The position numbers and the translations under genes were made by a program. From positions 1 to 15,647 of the forward strand of contig CAWBCT010000016.1 in NCBI GenBank assembly GCA_963787445.1: a stretch of DNA of 15,647 nucleotides. The letters are read 5' to 3'. The number at the start of each line of letters is the position of its first letter. Position 1 is the stretch's first letter. This DNA is from an uncultured archaeon. Its GTDB lineage: Archaea > Micrarchaeota > Micrarchaeia > Micrarchaeales > CABMGC01. Below, piece by piece: positions 1 to 8,631 of this stretch. A model generated the notes under the pieces. That model was not told where the DNA came from. It was given only the letters and a program-made list of their open reading frames with translations, and did not search any database.

Positions 1-2
1 TA

Positions 3-341
3 TCGTGCAGTTCCGCCAAGGAACTTGGTGACAGCACAATATTTCCAGGAGCACGTTGCTACGTAGGCTATACAGAGGATTTCATTTTTGTTCTAGATGA
101 TAATAACTCAACACACCCGTCTGAGGATAACTTTTCTGGATTGTTCCTAGAACATACGTATGTTTTCATGAACGGGCTGTTCAGGGGGGCTTCGGTGGGT
201 GATGCGTATGAAAAGGCGCGGGAGTCGTTGTGGTCTAGCATATCCATAGCTGAAAGCAGCGGCAATAAAGGGATACTCAGCTGGCTGGTTTGGGACTACT
301 ACGCATTCGTGCTGAAGGGCGATGGCAGCGCAATGCTGTGA
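3..341 (+). CDS. Hypothetical protein, 5'-truncated by window edge; possible caspase/gingipain(C25)-like fold
   Basis: The frame of ORF 141..341 is open back to position 3 (SCSSAKELGDSTIFPGARCYVGYTEDFIFV...SLWSS...DGSAML*). The SC-S-A...GA-x-YVGY pattern resembles the catalytic-Cys region of caspase-hemoglobinase-fold proteins (inference). Converges on the ileS stop with a 9-bp gap. Confidence 0.6.
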   Translation, partial: SCSSAKELGDSTIFPGARCYVGYTEDFIFVLDDNNSTHPSEDNFSGLFLEHTYVFMNGLFRGASVGDAYEKARESLWSSISIAESSGNKGILSWLVWDYYAFVLKGDGSAML

Positions 342-350
342 AAGGTTGGG

Positions 351-3300
351 TTAGACCTTCTCCACAGCGATATTCGCGGTCTCCCCTTCGATCTCGAACA
401 GCTTCGCGTGGGGGGAGCAGCTTCAACCAGTACCGTCGCGTTCACGTCCTTCCTGATCTTCTTCATATTCTCTTTCATCATTCACCCGGGAATAGCGGCG
501 AGCCGGTGTAGTGCACCCTTACCTTATCGGGCTTCCTCAGCTACATCTCCTTCCTGAGCATCTGGATGTGCCTCTCGAACTCCCTGATGAGCGCCTCGGC
601 CTGGAGCTCCCTGTCGATCTGCGGGTCGATGTAGGCTATGCCGGCCCGGAAGGGAACGCTGTTGGGCTTGGAGGCCTTCTCGAGCAGGGTAAAGTGCTCC
701 TTGGTCACCTCAACGGGCCCCTTGGAAGTATGGAGCATAAACACCCCCTTGGATGATATGCCAGCCTCGAGTGCCTTGGCATCGGCGGTCTTCAAGGCCT
801 CGGCCACGGCAGGGCCTTCTCCTTGAAGGCGGGGCCGAGCTTCGCGAACATAGGGCGAATCTCCACCTCAAAGTCCTCGGTGCGCTTGACTTCGAGGTGC
901 TTAAAATTAGTATAGTCTTCCACAAGCCTTGCGAACCGTTGCAGAGACTGCTCAGATTCCGCCTTGTGGACTTCAAGGGTTGCCTTCGATAAGGGTTGCC
1001 TCAACTTGATGTTCGCCTTCTCCCTGCTGCTCAATATGGCAGTGACCGAGTCCATCGCAAGATCAAATCCAGTCTCAACCTCTGTATTAATCATCTTCTT
1101 GCTAACTTTTGGCCAGTCATTCAGGAAGATGCTCTCTGCTGAGCCCTCTTTCTTGTAATATTTCAGATAAAGATACTCTGAAGTGAACGGGATGAACGGC
1201 GAATAGGCCGTGATCAGTGTATAAAGTAGGTAGTTAATTAGGTCCAGGGTCTTCTTTGCCTCTGACCTGCTCCCATCGATTATCCTCTTCTTGGCTATCT
1301 TGAGGTAGAATCTGCTCAAATCATTAAGGCAGAACTCGCCTAGAGCGTTATTCGCTACCTGAACTTCGTACTTCTCAAGAGACTCACTCGCCGTCTTCAG
1401 AGTAGAGTTTAGCCTCGACACAATCCAAACATCCTCCAAATTACTCTTATCATTAATTCTTGGCTTCTTGATCTTGTCTGCCTTGTAGTCTATCGCAGAG
1501 GCGTAATCCTCAAACAACTGGAAAACGTTATACAAAATGTTAATCTTCTTGCTCGCCTCCTTTATCTCATCCTTCTTGAACTGCAAATCAAGCCACTGCG
1601 TATGGCTGGAAACCCATAATCGATACGCATCCGCGCTGGTAAACGTCAAAAGTTCCTTCAATGAGATGTAATTGCCCCAACTCTTGTGCATCTCCCTTCC
1701 ATCTTCAGCAAGTAGCATCCCGTCTATTACCACATTCTTGAAGGGGGTCTTCCCATAGACCATGACGCTGCTCTTCAGCAGTACAGAAAACCACCCTCTT
1801 AGTTGGTCCTTACCCTCAAGATGAATGCCGCAGGGAACAGCCTCTCGAACTCCTCCTTGCTCAGGCTTGCGACGAAGGCGATGCTCGCATCGAACCAGAC
1901 GTCGGCAACATCGCTTATGCGGTGCATCTGGCCCTTGCACTTCGGGCAGTCCAGTAAGATTGTATCCACATGAGGCCTATGCAAATCATGCAGCTTTGCA
2001 ACCGCATCCTTATTGTGAGCCTTCTCTGAAAGTTCATGGATAGACCCAATAACTTCAATGTGCTTGCACTCGCCGCACTCCCAGATCGGAATAGGAGTTC
2101 CCCAGTATCTCTGCCTGGAGAAACACCAGTCAGGAGAGTTCTGGAGCACGTCTTCCATCCAGGCTTGTGCCTCGGCAGGGTGCCACGAGACCTTACGGTT
2201 CTCACTGATAATCTTCTTCTTGACCTTCTGCACGTTCAGGAACCACTGACGAGTGCCAAGCATGATGAGTTTGGTATTGCACCTCCAGCAGTGTGGATAA
2301 CTGTGTACTACAGTGCCCTTATCCAAAAGTGCTCCAGTAGTGGTTAAGTATGACAGAACCTTCTCATTCGCCTCTCCGGGAACTGTTATGCCTTCCAAGG
2401 TGCCTGCATCAGAAGTATAGTGTGCATGCATATCAAGAGGGACAAAGATCGGCAGCTTGTTCTTCTTGCCTGCAACATAGTCCTCAGCTCCGTGGCCAGG
2501 CGCTATGTGGACGAGGCCGCTTCCTTCAGTAGAGGAGACAAGTCCTTCCTCAAAGATGACCTTATGGAACTTCCTGAACTCCTTCTGCTTTGGTATCTGG
2601 TCCTCAAGAGGGCTCAGATACTTTATCCCTTCAAGTTCGCTACCGTAGAACTCACTTTCAACGACAGCGCTCTCTCCAAGGACATCAACAACCGCATCAA
2701 GACGGCTTTGGGCAATTATGAGTGACTTGCTGCCAACTGTTGCCTTCACATAACGTCCTTTGGGGTTTACTGCCACGGCTATGTTGGCAGGTATGGTCCA
2801 TGGTGTGGTGGTCCAGATGAGCAGGTAGGTGTTGTCATCTATCTTTATCTTTGGCCTTGACGCCTTCGTATCCACCTTGAATGCGACAAATATGGCAGGA
2901 TCCTTCTCATCCGAGTAGGAGACCTCGAGGGTTCCCTGTGCAAGGACTGTCTCGCAGTGCGTGCAGTAGAGCATGGACTTGAGATCCGAGTAAAGAAGTC
3001 CTTTCTCGTACTCTTTCTTCAGTATCGACCATCCTGCCTCTATGAACTCCCTTTTGTATGCAAAGTACGCATTGTCAAAGTCAAGGGACATGCCGAAGCG
3101 CAGATAGTCCCTTTTCATATTGGGGATGAGGGCGTCGACGAACTCCTTGCAGCGCTTGATGAAGCTCTCGACCCCGATTCCGGTCTCGATATCCCTCTTG
3201 GAGGTTATCTTGAGCTCCCTCTCCACCTTATTTTCGATAGGAAGGCCATGAACGTCGTAGCCGGCGCGATCGTGGACATCCCAACCGTTCATGCGGCGGT

Positions 3301-3490
3301 ACCTGAGGAGTATGTCCTTAACGTCCTTTACCCAGATTTGGCCAGGATGAAGCTCTCCTGAGGCGTAAGGTGGGCCATCGAGGAAGTAGAAGGGCTTCTT
3401 GCCCTTGTTCTTGGCGCGTGTTTTCTCGAGGATGCTGTTCTCGCTCCAGTACTTGAGAACCTCCTCTTCGTTCTTATTAAGGTCGAACAC
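351..3490 (-). CDS. ileS: Isoleucyl-tRNA synthetase, archaeal type, left copy (~1045 aa reconstructed; interrupted by ~4 frameshifts and one TAG)
   Basis: GTG start 3490. Motifs: FYFLDGPPYASGELHPGQ (HIGH region), GYDVHGLPIE, WTTTPWT and GSGLVHIAPGHG (editing domain), YPHCWRC, DWCFSRQRYWGTPIPIW, EGKDQLRGWF, EMHKS (KMSKS region). ORFs 1799..3490, 792..1940, 541..807 and 299..481 join via frameshifts at ~1820, ~813, ~490 and ~410, plus CAG>TAG at 541-543. The first three shifts and the TAG are judged against the right copy; the ~410 shift is inferred from a plausible C-terminus ...KLFEIEGETANIAVEKV*, TAA at 351-353. Confidence 0.95.
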
Positions 3491-3543
3491 GTAGACACCA
3501 ATGAATAAGAATATAGGCGATGTGAAGCTCTTAAAGGTTTTGT
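444..3543. repeat. Left outer arm of ~3.1 kb diverged inverted repeat (ileS plus 53-bp upstream region); partner 12549..15647
   Basis: The reverse complement is collinear with 12549..15647. Proteins are roughly 90% identical by eye. Homology stops abruptly at 3543/12549. Confidence 0.95.
3491..3543 (-). promoter_or_regulatory. ileS promoter/leader (left): ACAAAACC-TTTAAG BRE/TATA-like element and GGTG SD-like motif
   Basis: Minus strand reads acaaaacctttaagagcttcacatcgcctatattcttattcattggtgtctac-GTG; 100% identical to 12549..12601. Confidence 0.55.
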
Positions 3544-3572
3544 CTGTAAATTACAAACAACAAATCAAAGAC

Positions 3573-3580
3573 TTTAAATA
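3573..3580 (+). promoter_or_regulatory. Archaeal TATA box (TTTAAATA) for the vsr-dcm operon
   Basis: Ends 21 nt before ATG 3602, the spacing expected for a leaderless archaeal transcript; divergent from the ileS promoter. Confidence 0.5.
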
Positions 3581-3601
3581 GTTAGAAAACGACAGAGCAT
3601 T

Positions 3602-4006
3602 ATGGCTGACATCTTTGATAAGGAGAAAAGGAGCAAAATAATGTCATCTGTACGGTCACGAAATACAAAACCAGAAATATTAGTTAAAAAGTCACTCAGA
3701 GGGCTTGGGTTTCTTTATCAGCCAAAAATTAAAGGGAACCCAGATTTTATAAATAAAAAAATGAAGATTGCTATTTTTGTAAACGGGTGCTTTTGGCATA
3801 AGTGCAAACTTTGTTACAGGCCCCCTAAGACCAATAAAGCATACTGGTCATTAAAAATTTCTAAAACTGTCAAGAGAGATAGGATAAATACTCAAAAACT
3901 TAGAAAAGTGGGTTACAAAGTTATTGTAATATGGGAACATCAAATAGGCGGCAAAAATTTAGTAGAAATTAAACATTTGTTTTTCAATATCAAAAATAGG
4001 GCATAA
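3602..4006 (+). CDS. vsr: Very short patch repair (Vsr) endonuclease
   Basis: MADIFDKEKRSKIMSSVRSRNTKPE, GNPDF, FVNGCFWH, YWSLKI...RD and GYKVIVIWEH match the Vsr signatures; directly upstream of a C5 methyltransferase. Confidence 0.93.
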   Translation: MADIFDKEKRSKIMSSVRSRNTKPEILVKKSLRGLGFLYQPKIKGNPDFINKKMKIAIFVNGCFWHKCKLCYRPPKTNKAYWSLKISKTVKRDRINTQKLRKVGYKVIVIWEHQIGGKNLVEIKHLFFNIKNRA

Positions 4007-4037
4007 TTATTTATAATACAAAGAACATGGTGATATT

Positions 4038-5177
4038 ATGGTTAAAAATGATACAAATAATGTAAAGAAACTTACGGCGATAGACTTGTTTAGCGGGCCA
4101 GGCGGCTTTAGCAATGGTCTTGAAAAAGCCGGATTTGAAGTGTTAACGGGTATTGACTTTGATAAAGATGCTGTAGAGACATATAATTTGAATCATAAAA
4201 ACCCGGCTATGCTTGCTGATTTGACGGACTTGGATCCCAAAGAAATACAAAAATTCATAGGTACGAAAAAACTTGACGTTATTGTTGGGAGTCCGCCTTG
4301 CCAAGGATTCAGCGTTGCTGGTAGAAGATACGCAGAGGATCCAAGAAATAAATTGTACAAAGAATTTGTCCGTGTAGTTAGCTTTTTTAAACCGAAAATA
4401 GTTGTTTTAGAAAACGTTTATGGACTTATTGAAATGAGAAAGAAAGATGGAAGGAAAGTTGTTGAGGACATTATTAAGGATTTTGAGGAATTAGGTTACA
4501 ATATTGAGGTCAAAGTTTTAAATGCTGCAGATTATGGTGTTCCGCAGAGAAGAAGAAGAGCAATATTTATTGCAAATAACTTGAAGCTAGAAAATATTTT
4601 TCCAGAAAGTACTCATCAAGATATTGGATTCTTACAAAAAACACTAGTCAACCGCCGAAGCCACGTAACTGTAGACGACTCAATTTCAGATCTTCTAGAT
4701 AAAGAAATTCCTAAACTGAACCATGTTGCAGCAAAAACAAGCAAAGAGGATTTGGCAAGAATAAAACTTCTTAAAGAAGGCCAATGGGCAGCAGATTTGC
4801 CATCAGAGTTACAACCCAAAAAGTGTAAACCACATAATGGAGGTGGGGAATGGTTTTATGGAAGATGCAGAAGAATGCATGGAAAGGAAACAGCAAGAAC
4901 AATTACTGCGGTTGCTCCACTTTATCATCCGCGATTTAATAGAAAGCTCACAGTAAGAGAAAATGCCAGGCTACAATCATTTGATGATAATTTCATATTT
5001 ACCGGGAATATAGGTTCAATGTATAGACAAGTTGGAAATGCTGTGCCGCCGCTTTTAGCACGGAGAATTGGAGAGTCAATAGCTCAAATGTTAATGGGCA
5101 ATAAAGCAAGAAAAAGAGTCAGACTACCAAATACGTGGAAGAAAAAACTAGAAGTTTTAGAATTAACTGTCAAATAG
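4038..5177 (+). CDS. dcm: DNA (cytosine-5)-methyltransferase
   Basis: Motif I DLFSGPGG, motif IV GSPPCQGFS, motif VI LENV, motif VIII YGVPQRRRR, motif IX LTVRENARLQSF, motif X QVGNAVPP; GGTGA SD-like motif upstream; ORF intact. Confidence 0.96.
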   Translation: MVKNDTNNVKKLTAIDLFSGPGGFSNGLEKAGFEVLTGIDFDKDAVETYNLNHKNPAMLADLTDLDPKEIQKFIGTKKLDVIVGSPPCQGFSVAGRRYAEDPRNKLYKEFVRVVSFFKPKIVVLENVYGLIEMRKKDGRKVVEDIIKDFEELGYNIEVKVLNAADYGVPQRRRRAIFIANNLKLENIFPESTHQDIGFLQKTLVNRRSHVTVDDSISDLLDKEIPKLNHVAAKTSKEDLARIKLLKEGQWAADLPSELQPKKCKPHNGGGEWFYGRCRRMHGKETARTITAVAPLYHPRFNRKLTVRENARLQSFDDNFIFTGNIGSMYRQVGNAVPPLLARRIGESIAQMLMGNKARKRVRLPNTWKKKLEVLELTVK

Positions 5178-5961
5178 TATACTTGGATTTATCTTGAATT
5201 GCAACTGATTTGCTGATTTTCTTCCACCATCACCACCTTTCCTTTGCATGCCTATTTGACCTATATTAAGACTTCCTTTTGGGCTTATTTCTACTTCCCC
5301 CCGTTCAAATATGCTTATAGCCTTGTTTATATCTGTCAAAGCCCACTTAGTTTCATGCTTTTCTTTGTTGTACAATGTAACAAGCATCCAACCAGCAGGA
5401 TATTCGTCATTGCCACGAATTATGTCAGTTACTACTAGCATTTTATTGGCTCGAAAAAATGCAACAACCATGTTTGCATCTGTTCTATCAAATTCATTAA
5501 GAAATAGTCTGCGTTTTTTCTTATCTTTTAGGCTTCTATACTTTTCTTTTGTGATGATTCCCAATTTTAGTAGCTGCACAGCAGGCGCTTTCGCCAGTAA
5601 ATCGTTTAAGCAATTCAGTTACATCGTCAGGCATGGCCCACATTTTCTTGTATTTGTCAACCCAGCGTTTGTCTACCTGATTAAAACTTGCATCTGAATT
5701 TGCTTTTTTGACTGAAAGATTTTCTACAGAAAATCCTTTTTTCAATTTAACTATAATTTTAACTTGTAAATCAGTCTTGTGATGGCCAGGTATAACATAT
5801 GCATCCACATCTTCTATTTCATCAAGTTTGTAGTTCATTCTTAAAAGCCATTTTCTTGCTTCTTTGTCTGTTTTCCAGGCATTAAATTTCTTTGCAACCT
5901 CACGCTCGTTTGCAAAACCGCCTTTTGCGGTCTCAGAGCCTATTCTAACCAAATCTGTCAT
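5163..5961 (-). CDS. Type II restriction endonuclease, HinP1I-like (one frameshift near 5580-5590)
   Basis: Joining ORFs 5536..5961 and 5163..5579 gives ~265 aa with GSETAKGGFANE, KTD, FNQVDKRW, FTGE, ISPKGSL and MQRKGGDGGRKSANQLQFKINP, which follow R.HinP1I as I recall it. Converges on, and overlaps by 15 bp, the methyltransferase. Confidence 0.85.
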
Positions 5962-6034
5962 GCTTTAACATTAAAAGCAAATCTATAAAACTCTGTCTAA
6001 TAATGTTTTTATGGATTTTTCCACAGCCATAACA

Positions 6035-6337
6035 TTATCTTCTTAGTAAGCCCGCAAGAAATCTTCTACTCTCACCGATCTTCATCTTAACTCCACCCTC
6101 CTCGTCTTCCTCCTCCTCTTTTGAGGTAGTTCCGCTCTGCTCAGGGAATCCTTTCTGCAAGTCGTTTCTGTTCAACACCAGCCCATCCCAGACCGCTAGG
6201 GCTCCGGGATCCCTTCTAAGTGCTGACTCGGCGAAGACTCTAAGTAGGTCTAATTTTTCTATCGGGGCTTTTTCGTCCGAGACGAGAGGAGTCCTAGTCG
6301 CTTGCGCTCTCGCTCTAGTTTTGGCTTCGGCTACCAT
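6035..6337 (-). CDS. Hypothetical protein X (left copy), 100 aa, acidic EEEEDEE tract
   Basis: Homologous to 7489..7836 on the opposite strand. Differences are mostly synonymous (CCG/CCA, CTT/CTC, GAT/GAC, GGA/GGC), which supports real coding. TATAAATA lies ~28 nt upstream. Confidence 0.7.
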   Translation of the reverse strand: MVAEAKTRARAQATRTPLVSDEKAPIEKLDLLRVFAESALRRDPGALAVWDGLVLNRNDLQKGFPEQSGTTSKEEEEDEEGGVKMKIGESRRFLAGLLRR

Positions 6338-6386
6338 TTCCCCGATTCAATAACTCATTCCAAATATTTATACTTTCTGTACAGCT
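6090..6386. repeat. Left inner arm of diverged inverted repeat (gene X and its promoter); partner ~7440..7745
   Basis: Collinear reverse-complement alignment starting without a gap at the IS boundary: 33/49 identical in the leader, 114/120 in 6181..6300 vs 7526..7645, 45/60 in 6121..6180 vs 7646..7705. Confidence 0.9.
6365..6372 (-). promoter_or_regulatory. TATA box (TATAAATA, with purine-rich BRE-like CAGAAAG upstream) of left gene X
   Basis: ~28 nt upstream of ATG 6337; positionally conserved as TTAAATAT at 7455..7462 in the right copy. Confidence 0.55.
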
Positions 6387-6404
6387 AACTGTGTCCAATA
6401 AATC
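6387..6404 (+). repeat. IS left terminal inverted repeat (18 bp)
   Basis: aactgtgtccaataaatc, the exact reverse complement of 7422..7439. Confidence 0.9.
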
Positions 6405-6427
6405 GGTTGTCCACTATTCAATAAAAA

Positions 6428-6452
6428 GTCGTGGGTCATAAAAACCCACGAC
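6428..6452 (+). promoter_or_regulatory. 9-bp perfect stem-loop in the transposase leader
   Basis: GTCGTGGGT-cataaaa-ACCCACGAC between the left TIR and ATG 6476. Confidence 0.5.
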
Positions 6453-6475
6453 ACACGTATTGTTTTGGCGACAAT

Positions 6476-7423
6476 ATGTGTGAGAGTAATAGAAACTGGA
6501 AAATGTATAACAGTAAGTTGGTAAACAGAGGAAGGATGGTAACCCTCCTTCTAGAACCTTCTTTGGTCGAACCCCATTCTGTCGACGACCTAAACCGTAA
6601 GAAGAAGGGGAGGCCATTCGTCTTCTCAGCCGCGCTCATACGCGCAGTACTTGCGGTGAAATGTGCCCTCCATCTGGGATATCGTCAATTAGAAGGACTT
6701 GTAAACGATGTCTGCAAGAAATTAGACGTCAAAGTTCCAAATTTCAGAACTATCTGGTGGCGTTTCGACAAATCCAAAATTGAACCGATTAAACGTCTAA
6801 CACCACATAAGAGTCGTGCCATCATGGCAATTGACGCCACAGGTCTGCGTCCAGTGAACGATGGTGAGTATCGTGCGATGAAGTACGATAAAAGACGCGA
6901 GTGGATCAAGATGCATGCGCTATTTGACGTCGAGAACAAAGAGTTTGTGAATATATCCATAACTGGTGGGAGAATAAACGACTGCCTGGAGTTTGAGAAG
7001 GTGATCAAACCGGTGGCCCATGACGTCTCGGAGATTCTCGCAGACAAGGGGTACGACACTAGTAACATATTCGAGATTTGTAGGAAGGGAAATATCGTAG
7101 CAAAAATACCCGTGAAATTGAACTCGACGAACTCCAGTTCAACCTCCCGTTCTAGACGGGACGCAGTAGTAGATCAACTTGGGTTCCAGATAAGGCCGGG
7201 TTCGAATAAATTGAACATTGGTTTGACGGAGGAAAAGAGGCTGGAAAACCAGAATGAATGGAAATCTAGGGTGGGATACGGAAGAAGATCCCTAATTGAG
7301 TCATCATTTTCGGCGTATAAACGCATATTCGGAGAATATGTTTTCTCGAGGAAGAAACGTAACATCAGAAAAGAGATTGTGGTAAAACTGAACCTGTTCA
7401 ATCTCTTTTCGGTAATGAGGTGA
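6476..7423 (+). CDS. IS5-family (IS903-like) DDE transposase
   Basis: NWKMYNSKLVNRG N-terminus; AIDATGL (D1), WIKMHALFD, LADKGYD (D2), WKSRVGYGRRSLIESSFSAYK (Y-R-E-K motif). The ORF is open from GTG 6431; ATG 6476 is the more likely start. Confidence 0.93.
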   Translation: MCESNRNWKMYNSKLVNRGRMVTLLLEPSLVEPHSVDDLNRKKKGRPFVFSAALIRAVLAVKCALHLGYRQLEGLVNDVCKKLDVKVPNFRTIWWRFDKSKIEPIKRLTPHKSRAIMAIDATGLRPVNDGEYRAMKYDKRREWIKMHALFDVENKEFVNISITGGRINDCLEFEKVIKPVAHDVSEILADKGYDTSNIFEICRKGNIVAKIPVKLNSTNSSSTSRSRRDAVVDQLGFQIRPGSNKLNIGLTEEKRLENQNEWKSRVGYGRRSLIESSFSAYKRIFGEYVFSRKKRNIRKEIVVKLNLFNLFSVMR

Positions 7424-7439
7424 TTTATTGGACACAGTT
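7422..7439 (-). repeat. IS right terminal inverted repeat (18 bp)
   Basis: gatttattggacacagtt; overlaps the transposase TGA (7421-7423). Confidence 0.9.
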
Positions 7440-7745
7440 TCTTGCACAGCAGACTTAAATATCTCAAATGAGTTATCTCATTGGGGAAATGGTAACCGAG
7501 ATAAGAACTAAAACGAGAGCGCCAGCGACTAGGACTCCTCTCGTCTCGGAAGAAAAAGCCCCAATAGAAAAATTAGACCTACTCAGAGTCTTCGCCGAGT
7601 CAGCACTTAGAAGGGACCCCGGCGCCCTAGCGGTCTGGGACGGGCTTGTACTGAATAGGAACGACCTACAGAAAGGGTTCCCTTAGCAGGTAGGTACAAC
7701 CTCTAAAGAAGAAGAGGAAGACGAAGATAGCAGTGCTGTTAAATC
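7440..7745. repeat. Right inner arm of diverged inverted repeat (gene X and its promoter)
   Basis: Reverse-complement homologue of ~6090..6386. Confidence 0.9.
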
Positions 7746-7836
7746 TAAGTCTGCTGGAAAAGGTCAAAATCCTTTATTAATCTCCGAAGACGATAGTTTC
7801 ACACACAAGGATTCTAGTATAGTATTAGTTTGTTAG
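7489..7836 (+). CDS. Hypothetical protein X (right copy); in-frame TAG at 7684-7686
   Basis: MVTEIRTKTRAPATRTPLVSEEKAPIEKLDLLRVFAESALRRDPGALAVWDGLVLNRNDLQKGFP*QVGTTSKEEEEDEDSSAVK...; homology continues past the TAG (GAG in the left copy) and the next stop is at 7834-7836. ATG 7489 is preferred over 7468 because of TATA spacing and because the left copy has TGA in that extension. Confidence 0.65.
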
Positions 7837-7891
7837 TTATCTATCCATTGATTTATGCACCTTTTTATCCTTTTCTACATAGTTTTTAACT

Positions 7892-8631
7892 ATGTCGGCT
7901 ATCGATACCCGCAAGATTAAGAGTATAAGGGAATTGCTAGCAAAAGCAAAATGGTTGGAGGGAAAAACTCTCCAACAAATAAGTAAAGAAATAACCAAGA
8001 CTGATAAGGCATCTAGGGTCACAACCAAGGGCAATGCGGGTTATGTCATTGAGGAAGGATATTTTGGTATAAAGAAGAATAGTGAGCAGAAAGCAGACAT
8101 AGGACACTTGGGTGTTGAAGTTAAGACCTGCCCTCTGCAATATAATAGGGCTAGAACAAAACTTTCAGTAAAAGAACCATTGTCCCTCAACATCATTAAT
8201 TATTATGAAGAAGCAAAGCACACTAATCTAACCGAGTCATCGATGTACAAGAAGAATAGAAAAATCCTCTTCGTTTGTTATATTCATGACGAAAAAGGGC
8301 CCAGATCAAAGTACAAGGTCAAGTACGTTTTCTTATGGCAGATGACACCCGAAGTGATAGATGAGTTAGAACCTGACTACCAAAAGATACTCTATATGAT
8401 TAATTCGGGAAAAGCCCACCAAATACATCAAGGACAGAATGAATACCTTACCCTCTGTCCAAAGCATAACGGAGACTATAGCAATCCCATTGATATGAAA
8501 TCAAAGGCTAAACAACCCTATAGCAAAGTATTGGCTGAAGGAGGGCATTCAGACTCAAGGTTAGATACATGAATCTAATAGTGAGCAGACATCTGGGTAT
8601 AGAATTAAAGAAAGGTGGATGGGAAATATAA
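7892..8631 (+). CDS. MutH/Sau3AI-family endonuclease, single domain (~246 aa; frameshift near 8540)
   Basis: TTKGNAGYVIEEGYFG...ADIGHLGVEVKTCPL...KEPLSL...YLTLCPK...KQPYS fit the MutH/Sau3AI fold. A frame change gives RAFRLKVRYMN...GGWEI*, restoring the RAF-x-LK motif, with TAA 8629-8631 abutting the convergent vsr stop. Confidence 0.85.

Larger units (their letters stand above)
6387..7439 (+). mobile_element. Insertion sequence, IS5 family (IS903-like group), 1053 bp
   Basis: Perfect 18-bp terminal inverted repeats AACTGTGTCCAATAAATC / GATTTATTGGACACAGTT enclose a single DDE transposase whose stop overlaps the right TIR. No direct target duplication is visible. Confidence 0.92.

Noticed and set aside
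290-3361. Numerous short plus-strand ORFs over the left ileS, and minus-strand ORFs over the right ileS, transposase, dcm and DUF2075
   Set aside because: These are antisense or alternate-frame shadows of well-supported genes, with no recognisable motifs.
6378-7448. Target-site duplication around the IS
   Set aside because: No direct repeat was found at the boundaries checked; the flanks are related as inverted homologues instead.
7468-7488. Upstream ATG start (MSYLIGE extension) for gene X
   Set aside because: Too close to the TATA box, and the left copy has TGA in the same frame.
541-7686. Amber (TAG) recoding suggested by in-frame TAGs in ileS-left (541-543) and gene X-right (7684-7686)
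   Set aside because: Only two cases, aligned to different residues (Q and E), and TAG ends the DUF2075 gene at a plausible C-terminus. Point mutation or read error is simpler.
7892-8631. Calling the nuclease a mismatch-repair mutH gene
   Set aside because: No mutS/mutL/dam context in the window, and the neighbours are a C5 methyltransferase and vsr, so an RM role is more likely.
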